A stretch of 63,819 nucleotides of DNA, the filler included, from Reclinomonas americana ATCC 50394 (lineage: Eukaryota), in the NCBI GenBank assembly GCA_048213135.1. It is 5 parts of 2 records of this genome, joined end to end, with 100 filler letters (N's around TTAATTAATTAA, not from the genome) between each part and the next. Parts side by side here need not be neighbours in the genome. Positions count along the whole stretch, not along the records: positions 1 to 13,738 come from PS015048.1; 4 more parts are not named here. One strand, written 5' to 3'. Position 1 is the stretch's first letter. Every line of letters begins with the position of its first letter. The notes below the pieces were generated by a model. That model ran no database searches. It saw only the letters and a list, made by a program, of their open reading frames with translations, and was not told the origin of the DNA. Positions 1 to 11,988 of the stretch are shown here, piece after piece. A program made the translations under genes and the position numbers.

Positions 1-30
1 GTGACCATTCTCTGCGTTGTACGTACGCAG

Positions 31-681
31 TCGGTGGACACATTCTTGAAAATCTCGCGAGGCCAGTGCAAGCGCGAATTCGTGGTCGTGCAGGACGGCG
101 AACAACCCTTCATCAACAAAATTCTGGAGCAATTGCCCAACATCATTTGCAAGCTGTGCCCTGAGCATGTGCGTTGTTCACTTCACCCCCGCTCGTACCT
201 CGCTGCCTCTCACTCTTTTTTTCGACTCAGATTCAAGTGTTTTACGAAGCCGTGGGCCACTTGATCAGCGCCGAACCGAACCGCGAGTTGCAGGAGTTCC
301 TGTTGAATCTGCTGATGACACTGCCGAATACGGAATGGACGTCGATTATGACCACTGCGGCGGAGACTGGCGGCGAGGCACTCAACGATCCGGCCGTCGG
401 TCGCGATCTGCTCAATCTGCTGCGGACAAATCTGCGTGCGGCCAACGGAATCGGTGCAGCGTACCTGTCGCAGCTCGGTGTCATCTTCCTCGACATGCTC
501 AACCTCTACGAGACGTACGCCCGGAGAATATCTGCCGCTGTCAGTCAACACGGTGAGTTTGTCACTCGCAGTGTGTGTGTGTGTGTGGTGTGTGTGTGTG
601 TGTGTGTGTACTGACCGCACGCTGGTCGCAGGCGTGGTGGCCACACAACATGCGCAAATACGAATCATGCGCTGTGTGAAA
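31..681 (+). CDS. XPO1: Exportin-1 (CRM1), central exons, on a contig inverted relative to the rest of the gene
   Basis: Exons translate to SVDTFLKISRGQCKREFVVVQDGEQPFINKILEQLPNIICKL and IQVFYEAVGHLISAEP...YLSQLGVIFLDMLNLY. These match CRM1 (DTFIKI..KC.R.FV..Q..E.PFI; VHTFYEAVGYMI; QLGRIYLDMLNVY). They follow on from the minus-strand exon ending ...FEGVQEM at ~730. Confidence 0.93.
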
Positions 682-701
682 NNNNNNNNNNNNNNNNNNN
701 N

Positions 702-3452
702 TTGTGTGCATCACTTGTGGCGCGACAGACGCGGAGGGGCTCGCCAAACCATTTCCTGCACACCCTCAAACGTCTCGTGCATGAACTCAAACAACTTGAG
801 GACGACCGTCTGCAAGAATCTCCAGTGTTCCACCAGAAACTCGGGGTACTGGCCGACAACATACATGATGTTGGTGGCCACCACCGCCTTGTTCTCCTTG
901 CCACGACGCCCCTCGCACAGATGAAGCAAGTCCTTGATCACCGACACCAAGAATCTCTTCTCGGCATCCGGATCTGCGGGGAAACAAGGGGCAAGGGTGA
1001 GTACTCTCTGATAATTCGATCCAACTGCGGGGCAGGCATACACACCCATGGCTCCACTGATGGCACCCACGGCCCAGCACAAACTGTTCAAGCTGTCCCA
1101 ACTCGTGTCGGTGCCAGTCATCTGCCACGCGAACAGGGCGGTTGGTCGACGGCATCAAGAAAGCAAGAGGAAATGAGAGAATGAAACACGTACCTGGTGA
1201 CCGAGCTTCTCCTCGATGATGGCCACCGTGTCGGCCGAGTCCAAGTGCGTCAGATACACCAGCGTCTCATGCAGCGTCTTGTACCGTTGAATGGATTCCA
1301 CATCTTCCAGCTGCTCTCTTACCAACTGGCCAGTGTCGTCCTCCACAAGTCGCACCTGCGATCCGCCAAATGAGTACGCCACGAAGCGACAGCGACGTGT
1401 GGCGACGTGTGACACAATCAGCACCAAACAACAAACCTCTTCTGGCTTGGCCATGCGAGAGATTAGCAGCATGCGAACGTGAGACAGTACGGCGGCGTAC
1501 TTCTGTTTCCGAATGGCACCCGGGTCACGCCCGGCGCCCAGCAGGAGCCCGCGCCCCTGTGACGGACGTGGTGCCGAAGAGGCGTGCAAGTTGGCCGTCT
1601 ACGAGAGGAGAGAAGCGGGGATGAGACGACCTTCAGCACAGCGTGCAGATGTGTGTGCTTGGGGTGAAACGCACCAAAAACAGCCAGTACTCGACACACT
1701 CCATGAAAATGTCAATGTCATCGATGCTGGTGAGCGACACCATGTACTGGTGACCGGCCACCACCAACTCGACCAACTCGGGCACACTTTCCAGTTGGCC
1801 CAAATGTGCTCGGAAGATGGCCGAGAAGAAATGCACCAGGTTGCGCAGGAACTCACGCTCCTCCTCCGTGGCCGACGAATACGCCGAAGTGTAGTCTGCG
1901 CACAAGGAGGACCGACAGTCAACACGTCGACCCCTCATTCTCGTTTCCCGCCCATAAACATGCACACACACACACACACACACCGATCGAGGTCGGCAGG
2001 AACTCGAGCAGCTGGCCCACCACGCCAGCGTACAATTGCGCAAACTTGGGGGCATACTCGCCGCCTGGATCTTGGCCGGCGATCTCAATCAGGCAGATGG
2101 TGGTCGGGTTGCGGAAGGACGGGTACATGAAGAACTGCCAGCAAACGCGTAAACAAGCACACACTCAGTATCGAGCACCACCACGAGGACAAGTGGCGAC
2201 TTGACGCGGACCTTGTGAACCAGCTGGTCGATCAGCGTGGTGTCAAAGATGAAGCCCGACGGAATCCACGACAAGAACTGATGCAGTGTGCGCAGTNNNN
2301 NNNNNNNNNNNNNNNNGTGGTGGCCACCAGCTCCGTGTGCTCCGAGTTGTCGAAGATGTACAGACACAGGTCGAAAATGAGGCCAAACTCGTACGCGAAT
2401 CGACTCTTCATCTCGGCCACACGTGCCGCCGTGATGTTCTCGGTCGAGAAGTCAAAGATCTCTTGACTGCGGCGGCAGCGACAGCACATCAGGACACTCC
2501 ACGGGAAAAGAAAAGAGAGAGAGAGAGAGAAGGAGGGAAACCGACCTGAGCAGCAGCAAAATCTCCATGTTGTTCTCGCAAATGGTCTCGCTGGCCTTGC
2601 TGGAGTTGACAATCTCGGGGATGAAGGTGGACCACGAGGTCATCCACTCCTTCTTCAAGATCTCCACCAGCACCACATTGAGCTTGCCAAGGAAGGTGCG
2701 ATTGGCACGCATGGTCTCCTCACTCGACGAGATCTCCACAATCGTGCTCGTCACATACGCCTTGACCTGCACACGCTGATCCTCCGGCAACGCGTTCCAC
2801 TTGAGCCGCGCCAGATCCGACAGGATGCTGGCCGCGAAGAACTTGACATCGACGCTCGTCGCCTGCTCAATGATCTTNNNNNNNNNNNNNNNNNNNNNNN
2901 NNNNNNNNNNNNNNNNNNNNNNNNNNNNNNNNNNNNNNNNNNNNNNNNNNNNNNNNNNNNNNNNNNNNNNNNNNNNNNNNNNNNNNNNNNNNNNNNNNNN
3001 NNNNNNNNNNNNNNNNNNNNNNNNNNNNNNNNNNNNNNNNNNNNNNNNNGTCGACCACAGTCCACGAGCGCACGTCGTCCTTGAACTCGTTGAGGATTTT
3101 CGATGCCGCATCAATCTGTAGTCAAAAAACACGATGAGTTAACCGACTCGACGCTCTCTCTCTAATCTTTGGCAGGGGCAGTGCATGCGTGTGTGTGCGC
3201 GACAGAGAGAGAGTGTGTGTGAGAGAGAGAATGTGTTGCGCGCGCGCGCGCGCACGTCACTGTAGATGAATCGCACACACATAGAGGAAACTCAACATGC
3301 GCAGGCACTCCACTGTGCATGGCCGAGCACACATGCTCCAACAACGGGATCATCTCGGCACTGCCGGCGCCCGTGTTGACAACAGCCTCCAACATGCCCA
3401 TGAGCGCCACGCGACACTCCTCCCACGAAGACGGCGCTCCAACGTTCGACAT
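702..3452 (-). CDS. XPO1: Exportin-1 (CRM1), N-terminal half, multi-exon
   Basis: Exons give [20 protein letters not shown]...[14 protein letters not shown]...[74 protein letters not shown] and [33 protein letters not shown], all hallmark CRM1 motifs. The likely ATG is at 3452 (MSNVGAP). Confidence 0.95.
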
Positions 3453-3967
3453 CAGTGGATTGCGTGTGGGCACCCAGAAGCTGATCTCTACCTCCTCGTC
3501 AACGATGATTTGCGCCAGAGCCACAGAGACAAGTCACAGTGGACCTTCGTTCTGTTGACTGGCTGGATTTTGCAGAAATGACTTGGCGAGGGAGCTGCCC
3601 TGGACTGTGTGGGCTCAACCTGAAGCTGATACAGTAAGCTGCGTGATGCCGCTCTTGAATCTGCTTTGCAGGCAGCCGGTGGGGAGGAAAAACGAGTTTA
3701 GAGTCGCGGGTCACGAAATTTCATTTGCAATTGAAGTTGGTGAGTGTGGGCGAGCGAAGGAAAGCCTACTTCATCGCTTTGTCGTGCGTGTCTTTCCCCT
3801 CCCCCTTCTCTGTGCTCCCGCTCCCCTCTGTGTTCTTCTTCAGTGCACGTGTGTGTTTGTGTGCTTTATGTCGGGCGAGCATGACCAGAGTGCCTCACAC
3901 TCGCCTCACTCACGCCGCGTGTCGCTGCGCACAGAGAGTATCAACCACAAGCAACAAGGAACACATC

Positions 3968-4391
3968 ATGTCGACCGTTACCATTCTCTACTGCATGTCC
4001 TGGTGCGTGGTGGTTTCCGTCTGCACTGATGCAGTAACGTGTGCGTCTCACATTCTCACCCTTACTTTCTCTCTTTGTGTGCCTCCTCTCTGTGCAGAGG
4101 TTATGGTGGCCGCTTCGCAGCCGTGAAGCGGGCCATCCAAGCCGAGTTTGGCGACTCTGTGGAGGTTGTGGGCAACCCGGCCGGAGCTCCCAAGATGGGC
4201 AGCTTTGAGGTCGTTGCTCCCGACGGCACTGTCGTCTTCTCCAAGCTCTCCTCGGTGCGTGTCCAGAGCAATAGTGAGAGCACCTATCGGGGTGCATCGG
4301 AGTTCTGACGGAGCGAGAATCAACACAGGGTCGGTTCCCCTCGTCCCCCGATGAGGTGATTGTGCCTCTGCGCGAGGCCATTGGCAAGTAA
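3968..4391 (+). CDS. Selenoprotein W/T/H (Rdx family) with CxxU motif; 3 exons 3968-4002, 4098-4254, 4329-4391
   Basis: The spliced product is MSTVTILYCMS-U-GYGGRFAAVKRAIQAEFGDSVEVVGNPAGAPKMGSFEVVAPDGTVVFSKLSSGRFPSSPDEVIVPLREAIGK*. TG|gtgcgt...cag|A forms the TGA across the intron. YCxxUGY, GxFEV and SKLxxGRFP are the Rdx family signatures. Confidence 0.93.
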
Positions 4392-4574
4392 CTCGATTGC
4401 CACCCTCGTCGCCGCTCTCTCCCGTTGGTGAGGCAGCACACACAGAGAGAGAGAGTTTCTGTTTTGTGGCGCTCATTGTCGGAGTAGGAGGCCTCGGCGA
4501 GGGTTTTTCCCCGTTTATTCTGTCTCTCGGCGGCCTGCTGTGTTTTGTTCAGCCCGTCTCCACTGTGCCCCTGC

Positions 4575-4675
4575 CGCGCTCTCCTCGCATGAAGCCGCTC
4601 TCAAAGAAACCGTGAAACATAACGTCCCGTCACTGGGACTCGGTGTGAGGCAGCTGATCGATTGGCGAATGCCGC
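4575..4675 (+). promoter_or_regulatory. SECIS element in the selenoprotein 3' UTR
   Basis: ATGAA (4589-4593) and TGAT (4655-4658) form the non-Watson-Crick quartet. Helix II is AGCCGC(T)CTCA paired with TGAGGCAGCT. An unpaired AAGAA follows helix II, and there is an apical ACCG/CGGT mini-stem. It lies ~200 nt after the stop codon. Confidence 0.75.
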
Positions 4676-5257
4676 GTGTGTGTGCGCGCGTCGTGTGTGT
4701 GCCGGTGTGTATGGCACGTGGCCACTGAGATACTCGCGTGTCTCGGGTGTGTCGCGTGTTTTTTCATTGCACGGCATGCATTCGCGCGCGTACTGCGCGC
4801 TTTGCTGTGGAGTTCGCGCGGTGGGGGATGTGGAGATTTGGTGCTGGAGCATGGCGGCTGCTGGTCGTGAGTAAACAACCATCAGAAACGCAACGTCGGG
4901 CGGGGCGGGGGGACGAAGAGCTGTTCGTTTTTTCTCTCGAGTCTTACACGCGACGAATGTTGACTATTGAGGACATTGAGCAGGGCGCGAGTGACGCCTG
5001 GAACGATGTGCAGCAGGGAGTGGCTGCCGCTGGTAACGACCTCGGCCACCTGCTGGGCAACCTGTGAAAGAAAAGAGAAGATGTTTGTCTGTTTTTTTTG
5101 TTGTGAATAACGTGCGTTGACCCCCGCGCTCACTCTCACGTTCACGCAATGTTTCAATGTGAGCTGCGGCGAGTGAGTGAGTATGCGTGGGTTGGTGGTG
5201 GCTTCGTGCGTAAACACCTCTCGTTGTGTGCGACTGCGAGAAGATTGTGCTCACATT

Positions 5258-6795
5258 TCATTGTTGGTGATTCGCGACCGAACACGCTGCATGAGTCTCC
5301 TCATGAAGGTCACGTTGTGTTGCGTGACCAGCACCTGCGCACAGACAGTGAGTTGATGCAGAGTGAGAGAAGTGAGTATATGTCGCATTCACCTGCGCTG
5401 TGCCCTCCTTGGCCTTGAACAGATGATGCAGATACGCGCNNNNNNNNNNNNNNNNNNNNNNNNNNNNNNNNNNNNNNNNNNNNNNNNNNNNNNNNNNNNN
5501 NNNNNNNNNNNNNNNNNNNNNNNNNNNNNNNNNNNNNNNNNNNNNNNNNNNNNNNNNNNNNNNNNNNNNNNNNNNNNNNNNNNNNNNNNNNNNNNNNNNN
5601 NNNNNNNNNGTGCGGCGGTGGAGGAGACCGACTTGATCTTCTGCAACACGTATCACTTGCTGTGCAATCCGGGGGCGGAGGTGGTGCAGTCGTTGGGTGG
5701 CCTGCATGCGTTCATGCGACGGGAGCGGCCCATCATCACCGACAGTGGTGGCTTTCAGGTGTTTTCGCTGTCGGCCGCCACGCAGCACGAGCATCATCAG
5801 CAGGAGCTGAAGAGTCGAGCGGGCGCGCGGCATGAGTATCAGCAGCAGCAGCAGCCGTGCACGCTGAAGATTACGGAGGAGGGCGTGCTGTTTCGATCGT
5901 ACTACGATGGGCGACGCATCATGCTCAGCCCCGAGACCAGTGTGCAGGCGCAAAAGGCGCTGGGGGCGGACATTATCATCCCGCTCGATGACTTGCCGGC
6001 GTATCACATCTCGCGAGAGGAGTTGGAGCGATCGCTGGAGCGTACGCATCGGTGGGAGGAGCGTAGTTTGCGGGAACACTTGCGGGATCGACGGCAGCAG
6101 GCCATGTACGCAGTGATGCATGGCGGAGTGGACCTGGAGCTGCGCAAGCGCAGCATACAGCACCTCTCGCAGCTTCCCTTTGACGGCATGGCCATTGGAG
6201 GCAGTCTCGGTCGCGACCGCGCCGAGATGCGCCACATGCTGCAACACGTGATGCCGCTGACGCCGCGTCACCTACCACACCATCTGCTGGGCATTGGCGA
6301 TCCGGAGAGCGTGCTGGCGCTGACACCGCTCGGCATCGACACCTTCGACTCGTGCTACCCGACTCGCTCGGCACGACACAGCTGCGCGTTTGTCGCCACC
6401 GCCGACTTGCAAGTGAGCTCGCTGGTGCTGCGTCGCGGCAAGTTCCGCACCGATCCGGCACCCATGGAAGCCGACTGCCCGTGCGAGGCCTGCTCACAAG
6501 GCTACTCACNNNNNNNNNNNNNNNNNNNNNNNNNNNNNNNNNNNNNNNNNNNNNNNNNTCGTCAGCGTCTTGATCGCCGCGTTGGTGGCTGCACACACGA
6601 GTGAGAACGTCAGCGTGAAAGGACAGCTTGCAACAGTGCGTGAGGAGGCAGACCGACAGGCACAAAGTTAGGCGTCTCAATGATCCCATGTGGAGTGTGC
6701 ACGCGGCCCACACGCGCACGACTGCGACTGCTCTCATGCAACACCTCGAATCGAAAGAAGAGTCGGCGCTGTACTCTCCACACATGTGAGAACAT
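5258..6795 (-). CDS. tgt: Queuine tRNA-ribosyltransferase (TGT), chlamydial type; the middle portion 5610-6509 is on an inverted contig and reads on +
   Basis: The N-terminus on - reads [39 protein letters not shown]. The middle on + reads [60 protein letters not shown] and CPCEAC. The C-terminus on - reads [12 protein letters not shown]...[17 protein letters not shown]. Flipping the middle contig gives in-frame joins at both ends. Confidence 0.93.
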
Positions 6796-6842
6796 TTGTG
6801 TTTTTTTCGCTCGCAAATTCGTGTGTCTCTGTGTTTGTGTGA

Positions 6843-9001
6843 ATGATGGGCGGAGCATCGAGCAGTGATCGACGCACAGGCCGAGGCGAGGTCGAGGAGC
6901 GACCGCGACCTCGGAATGTTGGCGTGTTGGCACTGGAGGTGTACATTCCGCACACGTATGTGTCACAGAGAGCACTCGGTGAGTGCATGAGTGCGCGTGC
7001 TCTTAGTGTGTTGGCATGTTCTCACTTGTTGCTGGTGGTGCTGGCAGAGAAACACGATGGAGTCTCCGAAGGTCGATACACAGTGGGTCTTGGTGTCACT
7101 AATATGGCGTTCTGTGGCGACGATGAGGATGTCATCTCCATGTCGCTCACTGGTGAGTGAACGAGAAAGGCAGAAGAGTGTGTGTGTGTTGAGCAGAGAC
7201 AAAGCGAGATGCATGTTATTTTTTCGAGTCTTCTCTTTTCCTATTCCGGTCTCTGTGGGTGTGCGTGCGTGCAAGCGCGTGTGTATATATCGCGCACGAT
7301 TGCAGTTGCTGCGTTAATAGTCTGGTGATTGTCTTTTGTTTTTCCCTCGATGAACAGTGGTGTCGACCCTGTTCGAAAAGTATGGCGTGTCGGCCGGCGA
7401 TGTGGGTGTGCTGGAGGTCGGCACCGAGTCGCTGCTCGACAAGTCCAAGTCGGTCAAGACCGAGTTGATGCGCGTGTTTGAGGCCGCGGGCAACTTTGAC
7501 GTGGGTGGCGCCGACAACCTCAATGCGTGCTACGGTGGCACGGCGGCGCTGTTTCATGCGGTGCAGTGGGTGGAGAGCAGTGTGTGGGACGGGCGGTATG
7601 CGCTGGTGGTGTGTGCGGATGTGGCGACGTATCCGCCAGGCAATGCGAGGCCGACAGGCGGCTGCGGAGCGTGTGCCATGCTCGTCGGACCCGATGCGCC
7701 GCTGGTGTTGGAGCCAGGCACGTCTCGCTCTGATGTCTCTGTCGCTTCTCCTGCTTCTCACTTCCTCGTGCACTCACAGTGCGATCGTGTTATGCACGCA
7801 ACGTGTACGACTTTTACAAGCCGGAGCCGATGAGTGAGTATCCGATCCTCGACGGCCAGCTGACGCTCATCATGTACATGCAAGCGCTGGATTACTGCTA
7901 CGAGCGTGTGTGTGGGCGGCTGCGAGAGATTGTTGCGTGCGGGGGATTGTAGGCCATGTGTGTGGGTTGTTCACACGTTCTTTCGTGCAGGAAAAGAAGC
8001 CCATTGGCACGGCCGACATTGACGTGTTCCTGTTCCACTGCCCGTTTCTGAAACTGATTCGGAAAGCCACTGGACGATTGGTGCGCCACCGCCTGTGTAT
8101 CGCGTGGGAGAGAAGACAGAGTCGGAAACTGAGTGTCATGGTGGCGTGTGTGTGCGCAGCTGTATCGGGACTGGCGTGCGGGCATGTTGAAGCCGCCGCC
8201 GGAACATCCCGTCATCCCCTTGCTGCTCGGAGCTGCCGTCGAGGAGACGTATGGCAATCGAGAATTCGACACGCTGATGCTGGAGCAGAGGTGTGTGTGT
8301 GCGCGCCTAACACGTATGTGTGTGCATGCCTCTCCTCATTGTCGTCTTGCAGCGAATCACTGTACGCGGAAAAAGTGGCGCCGGCCACTCTGCTCAGCCA
8401 GGAGGTCGGCAACTCATACACCGCCTCGTTGTACATGAGTCTCGGTGCACTCGTGTACAAGTACGGGGAGCAGTTGGTATGTCTGCGCGCACACACACAC
8501 ACCGTGTAGTAGAAGCTGTTCACCCATGCGCTCTCGCGCGCAACGCAGGCGACCCGTCGCATCGCACTGTTCTCGTACGGCTCCGGCTTGTGTGCCGCCA
8601 TGTTCACAATCCGTGCTCGCTCCACGACCTCGTCCGTGTTCTCGCTGGCCAACATTCAGGAGCAGGCAAGTCACGAGAACGCGACATTTTGGCGGTCTTC
8701 TTTCCTCACTTCCGCCCTCTCTCCTCAGTTGTGCCTGGAGGAACGACTGCGATGTCGAGAGGAGATCGATCCGCGAAGGTACGAGGACGCCATGGCTCTA
8801 CGCTCGGCAGCATACGGCAAGTGCTCGTACACGCCACGGTGGTCAACCGCGGTGAATCCATGCACGGGCGTGTGGTACCTGACCGACATTGACGAACGAC
8901 ATCGGAGATCGTACCGCAGATGTCGCGGAACAGGTGCCGCCGATCTCCCCGCTCCCGCCCACCTCACAGCGTCCTCAGCAGCCGCAGGCAGTGCTCCCTG
9001 A
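6843..9001 (+). CDS. HMGCS: Hydroxymethylglutaryl-CoA synthase, multi-exon
   Basis: [50 protein letters not shown], catalytic [37 protein letters not shown] and [10 protein letters not shown]. Confidence 0.96.
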
Positions 9002-9068
9002 CATAACACTAAAAAAACAATCGTCCTGCAGTCCCTCTGTCACATCTCAATCCGTCTTGTTTGCAACC

Positions 9069-10036
9069 ATGTCAGGCCGCACACTCGAGGGCAAAGAATC
9101 CGTAATGATCCTGCGCGTGCCTCCGCGCCTCAAGAAGCGCATCGATGCGCGCTTGAGTGAACCACGCGACTTTTACAGAGATGTCTCGCTCCAAATCAAC
9201 AGTGCGCTGTCAAACCTGCATTCGTGTGTGTGTGTATGTGCGTGTCTCTCACGCGCACACTCTCTCTCATGTCGTAGGTGACGACGGACATGCGACATTC
9301 GCGTTTGAGGGAGAGCGCTTTGCGGCGCGAGTTGTCAATCTGCCGGGTGTGGTGGAGACGTACAAGACGTTTGACAGTCGATCGTACTACAAGGCGCAAG
9401 ACATTGGCTCGGTGAATGAGAGTGAAATAGAGAGGGAGACTGTACAGGCCAACTCACGGCTTTTGTCGTACAGATGATGATTGTGAGCGAGGACCCGGAG
9501 GAGGTCGAAAAGGTGCCAGTGGACTACCCGGATGGGCTCACGTTCCCGCTGCAAGGCATCCGCTCGCAATGGGATCGCAAGAAGATGAAGGTGCCANNNN
9601 NNNNNNNNNNNNNNNNAGCACATTCAAGGCCAGAGGTGGAAGAAGGAGCTCGTTGAGCGTGAAACAAAAGTCACCCCTCCCTCATGCTCATCGAAAATCC
9701 ACGCACCCGGCACTCGGTGGTGGCCCACTGGCAAGCGGCCGGATCATGGGTGCCGGCGGTCCCATCGTCGGTATGGTGCTGGTGACGCTGGTGGACGTGG
9801 CCATTCCATCCACTCCGCCCTTCATCTTCTTCTTCCCGGCCTTGCCGCTGGCCGACTTCTTGCCGCCGGCCACCTTGCTGCGCGCCGGTGTCGCATCCTG
9901 CGTGCGCTCCGTCTCCTGCCGCACCACAGTCGTCCGCAACACACGACCCGTGTTGGCATCCTTCTCCACCTCCTCCTCGATAATGTCGTACTCCTCGTTC
10001 AGCTCAATCATGAACTGCCAGAAGAGCTTCTCCAGC
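9069..10036 (+). CDS. TAF7: TFIID subunit TAF7; the C-terminal portion lies on the inverted contig 9617-10036 (minus strand)
   Basis: MILRVPP, ARVVNLPGVVETYKTFDSRSYYKAQDIGSMMIV and YPDGLTFPL match the TAFII55 N-terminal domain. ...KVP at 9595 joins in frame to SDEDFAQLEK read from 10036 on the minus strand. Confidence 0.85.
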
Positions 10037-10450
10037 TGCGCAAAGTCCTCGTCCGANNNNNNNNNNNNNNNNNNNNNNNNNNNNNNNNNNNNNNNNNNNN
10101 NNNNNNNNNNNNNNNNNNNNNNNNNNNNNNNNNNNNNNNNNNNNNNNNNNNNNNNNNNNNNNNNNNNNNNNNNNNNNNNNNNNNNNNNNNNNNNNNNNNN
10201 NNNNNNNNNNNNNNNNNNNNNNNNNNNNNNNNNNNNNNNNNNNNNNNNNNNNNNNNNNNNNNNNNNNNNNNNNNNNNNNNNNNNNNNNNNNNNNNNNNNN
10301 NNNNNNNNNNNNNNNNNNNNNNNNNNNNNNNNNNNNNNNNNNNNNNNNNNNNNNNNNNNNNNNNNNNNNNNNNNNNNNNNNNNNNNNNNNNNNNNNNNNN
10401 NNNNNNNNNNNNNNNNNNNNNNNNNNNNNNNNNNNNNNNNNNNNNNNNNN

Positions 10451-11060
10451 ACATATTCTCATCCTTCCGTCGTCCTTCTTGTTCTCCCACCTCCACCTCT
10501 TGCTTTGTTGTACGCTGTATTGTTCTCACTCTGCTTGTCAACTCTTCTTCATCTCCCTCTCTCACCACTGGCGTTCTGTTTCGCGCATTGTTTCTCATTT
10601 TGGGTGGCATCCGTTCTTCTTCTCCCACCTCCACCACTGGCCGTCTTATACGCTGCATATTTCTCATCCTGTGTACCTTCCCTGCTTCGTCATGCCTCGA
10701 ATGCACTGCATTTTTCTCATCCTGTCTACCTCTGGCCTTTTTATTCGCTGCATTGTTTCTCATCTTGTGTGCCATCCCTTCTTCGTCTCCTTCTGGCCTT
10801 GTTATATGCTGCATTGTTTCTCATCCTGTGTGCCGTCCTTCTTTATCTGCCTCATTCACGCCTCGAATGCGCTGCATTATTCTCATCCTGTGTGCCGTCC
10901 TCCTTCTTCTTCTCTACCTCTGGCCTTCTCACACGCTGCACTGTTTCTCATCCTGTGTGCCGTCCTTCTTCTTCTCCCACCTCCACCTCTGGCCTTCTTA
11001 CGCGCTGTATTATCTCTCATCCTGTGTGCCATCCTTCTTCTTCCTATCCCTCTTCTGCCC
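10451..11060. repeat. Degenerate pyrimidine-rich minisatellite, unit ~60-70 bp
   Basis: The motif GCTGCATTGTTTCTCATCCTGTGTGCCGTCCTTCTT...CCACCTCTGGCCTT recurs about 10 times. No reading frame is kept across units. Confidence 0.85.
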
Positions 11061-11444
11061 CTTCCTTCTCCACCACAGCAACATGCAACAAGGTCCGCGC
11101 CCTACTCCACCCCCCGGCGTCAACCTGGCAGCCGTCGGCATCCCGACACCAGCACAGCAAGCGAGCACCCGGTGTGTATCGTGCAACGCAATCACATCTA
11201 TGCCCTGTGTGTCTCTCTCTCATCCATACACCACCACAGGCCAACACCTCCAAGCAATCCGTATCCATCATATCCACCGCAGCCGCCGCCCACTTGAAGC
11301 ACAGCAGAGGTACTCGTTGTCGGCAAGCTGCTGCTGCTGCAATGATTGTGAAAAAAATGTCGTAAATTGGGCTGACGGGCTTCATTGTTTTGCTGAGTGC
11401 GCGCGTCAGTCAACTCCCAACCCCTCAAAGAATGTACAGGCCGC

Positions 11445-11897
11445 TCAGCGAGCGGCGCCACCGCTCTGGATCACCGTCAGCGCCACCTCCCCGGTCGGCA
11501 CCACAATGTACTCGTACTTTTGCGTTCGGATCCGAATGTTGACAATCTCAGTGTCGGGTGTGTCCTACGCATGTGTGAGACCACCTAACCTGCCTGCCAG
11601 TAGCAAAGAGGACAGCCACACGCACCGGTGCTGATGGCGGCAGATCGCGAATGATGCGCAGGGCCTTTTTGGCCGACTCAATGACACCCACCAGCAGACC
11701 AGCTGTTCGTCCTCCGTCACTACATGAGAAGGGGGAGAAGGTGAGTGGAGAATGCAGAGACAGAGTGTGAGTGAGTGAGAGAGAGAGAATGCGCAACGGC
11801 AACGTCTCGTCTGTGAATTGTGACTTGAGATTGATGCCTTGATTGTTGGCCACAATGTAGCCAGCAATGTTGCGGTTGTGCATCAGCTTGTTGAGGC

Positions 11898-11964
<67 letters not shown>

Positions 11965-11988
11965 GACTACCTACCGTCCGTCGTCGTT
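11445..11988 (-). CDS. DYNLRB: Dynein light chain roadblock/LC7 family protein (5' end in gap)
   Basis: Exons LNKLMHNRNIAGYIVANNQGINLKSQFTDET / AGLLVGVIESAKKALRIIRD / DTEIVNIRIRTQKYEYIVVPTGEVALTVIQ* fit the roadblock pattern (G.IV.N..GI..KS; LRIRSKK.EI.V.P....L.VIQ). Confidence 0.8.

Noticed and set aside
5258-6795. Real gene scrambling or trans-splicing of tgt and other genes with pieces on opposite strands
   Set aside because: Every strand switch coincides with an N-gap, and flipped ends join seamlessly. Mis-oriented contigs are the simpler explanation.
10451-11060. Possible CRISPR array or repetitive coding ORF
   Set aside because: Units are degenerate, variable in length and similar throughout. 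The long ORFs over it are low-complexity by-products with no conserved frame.
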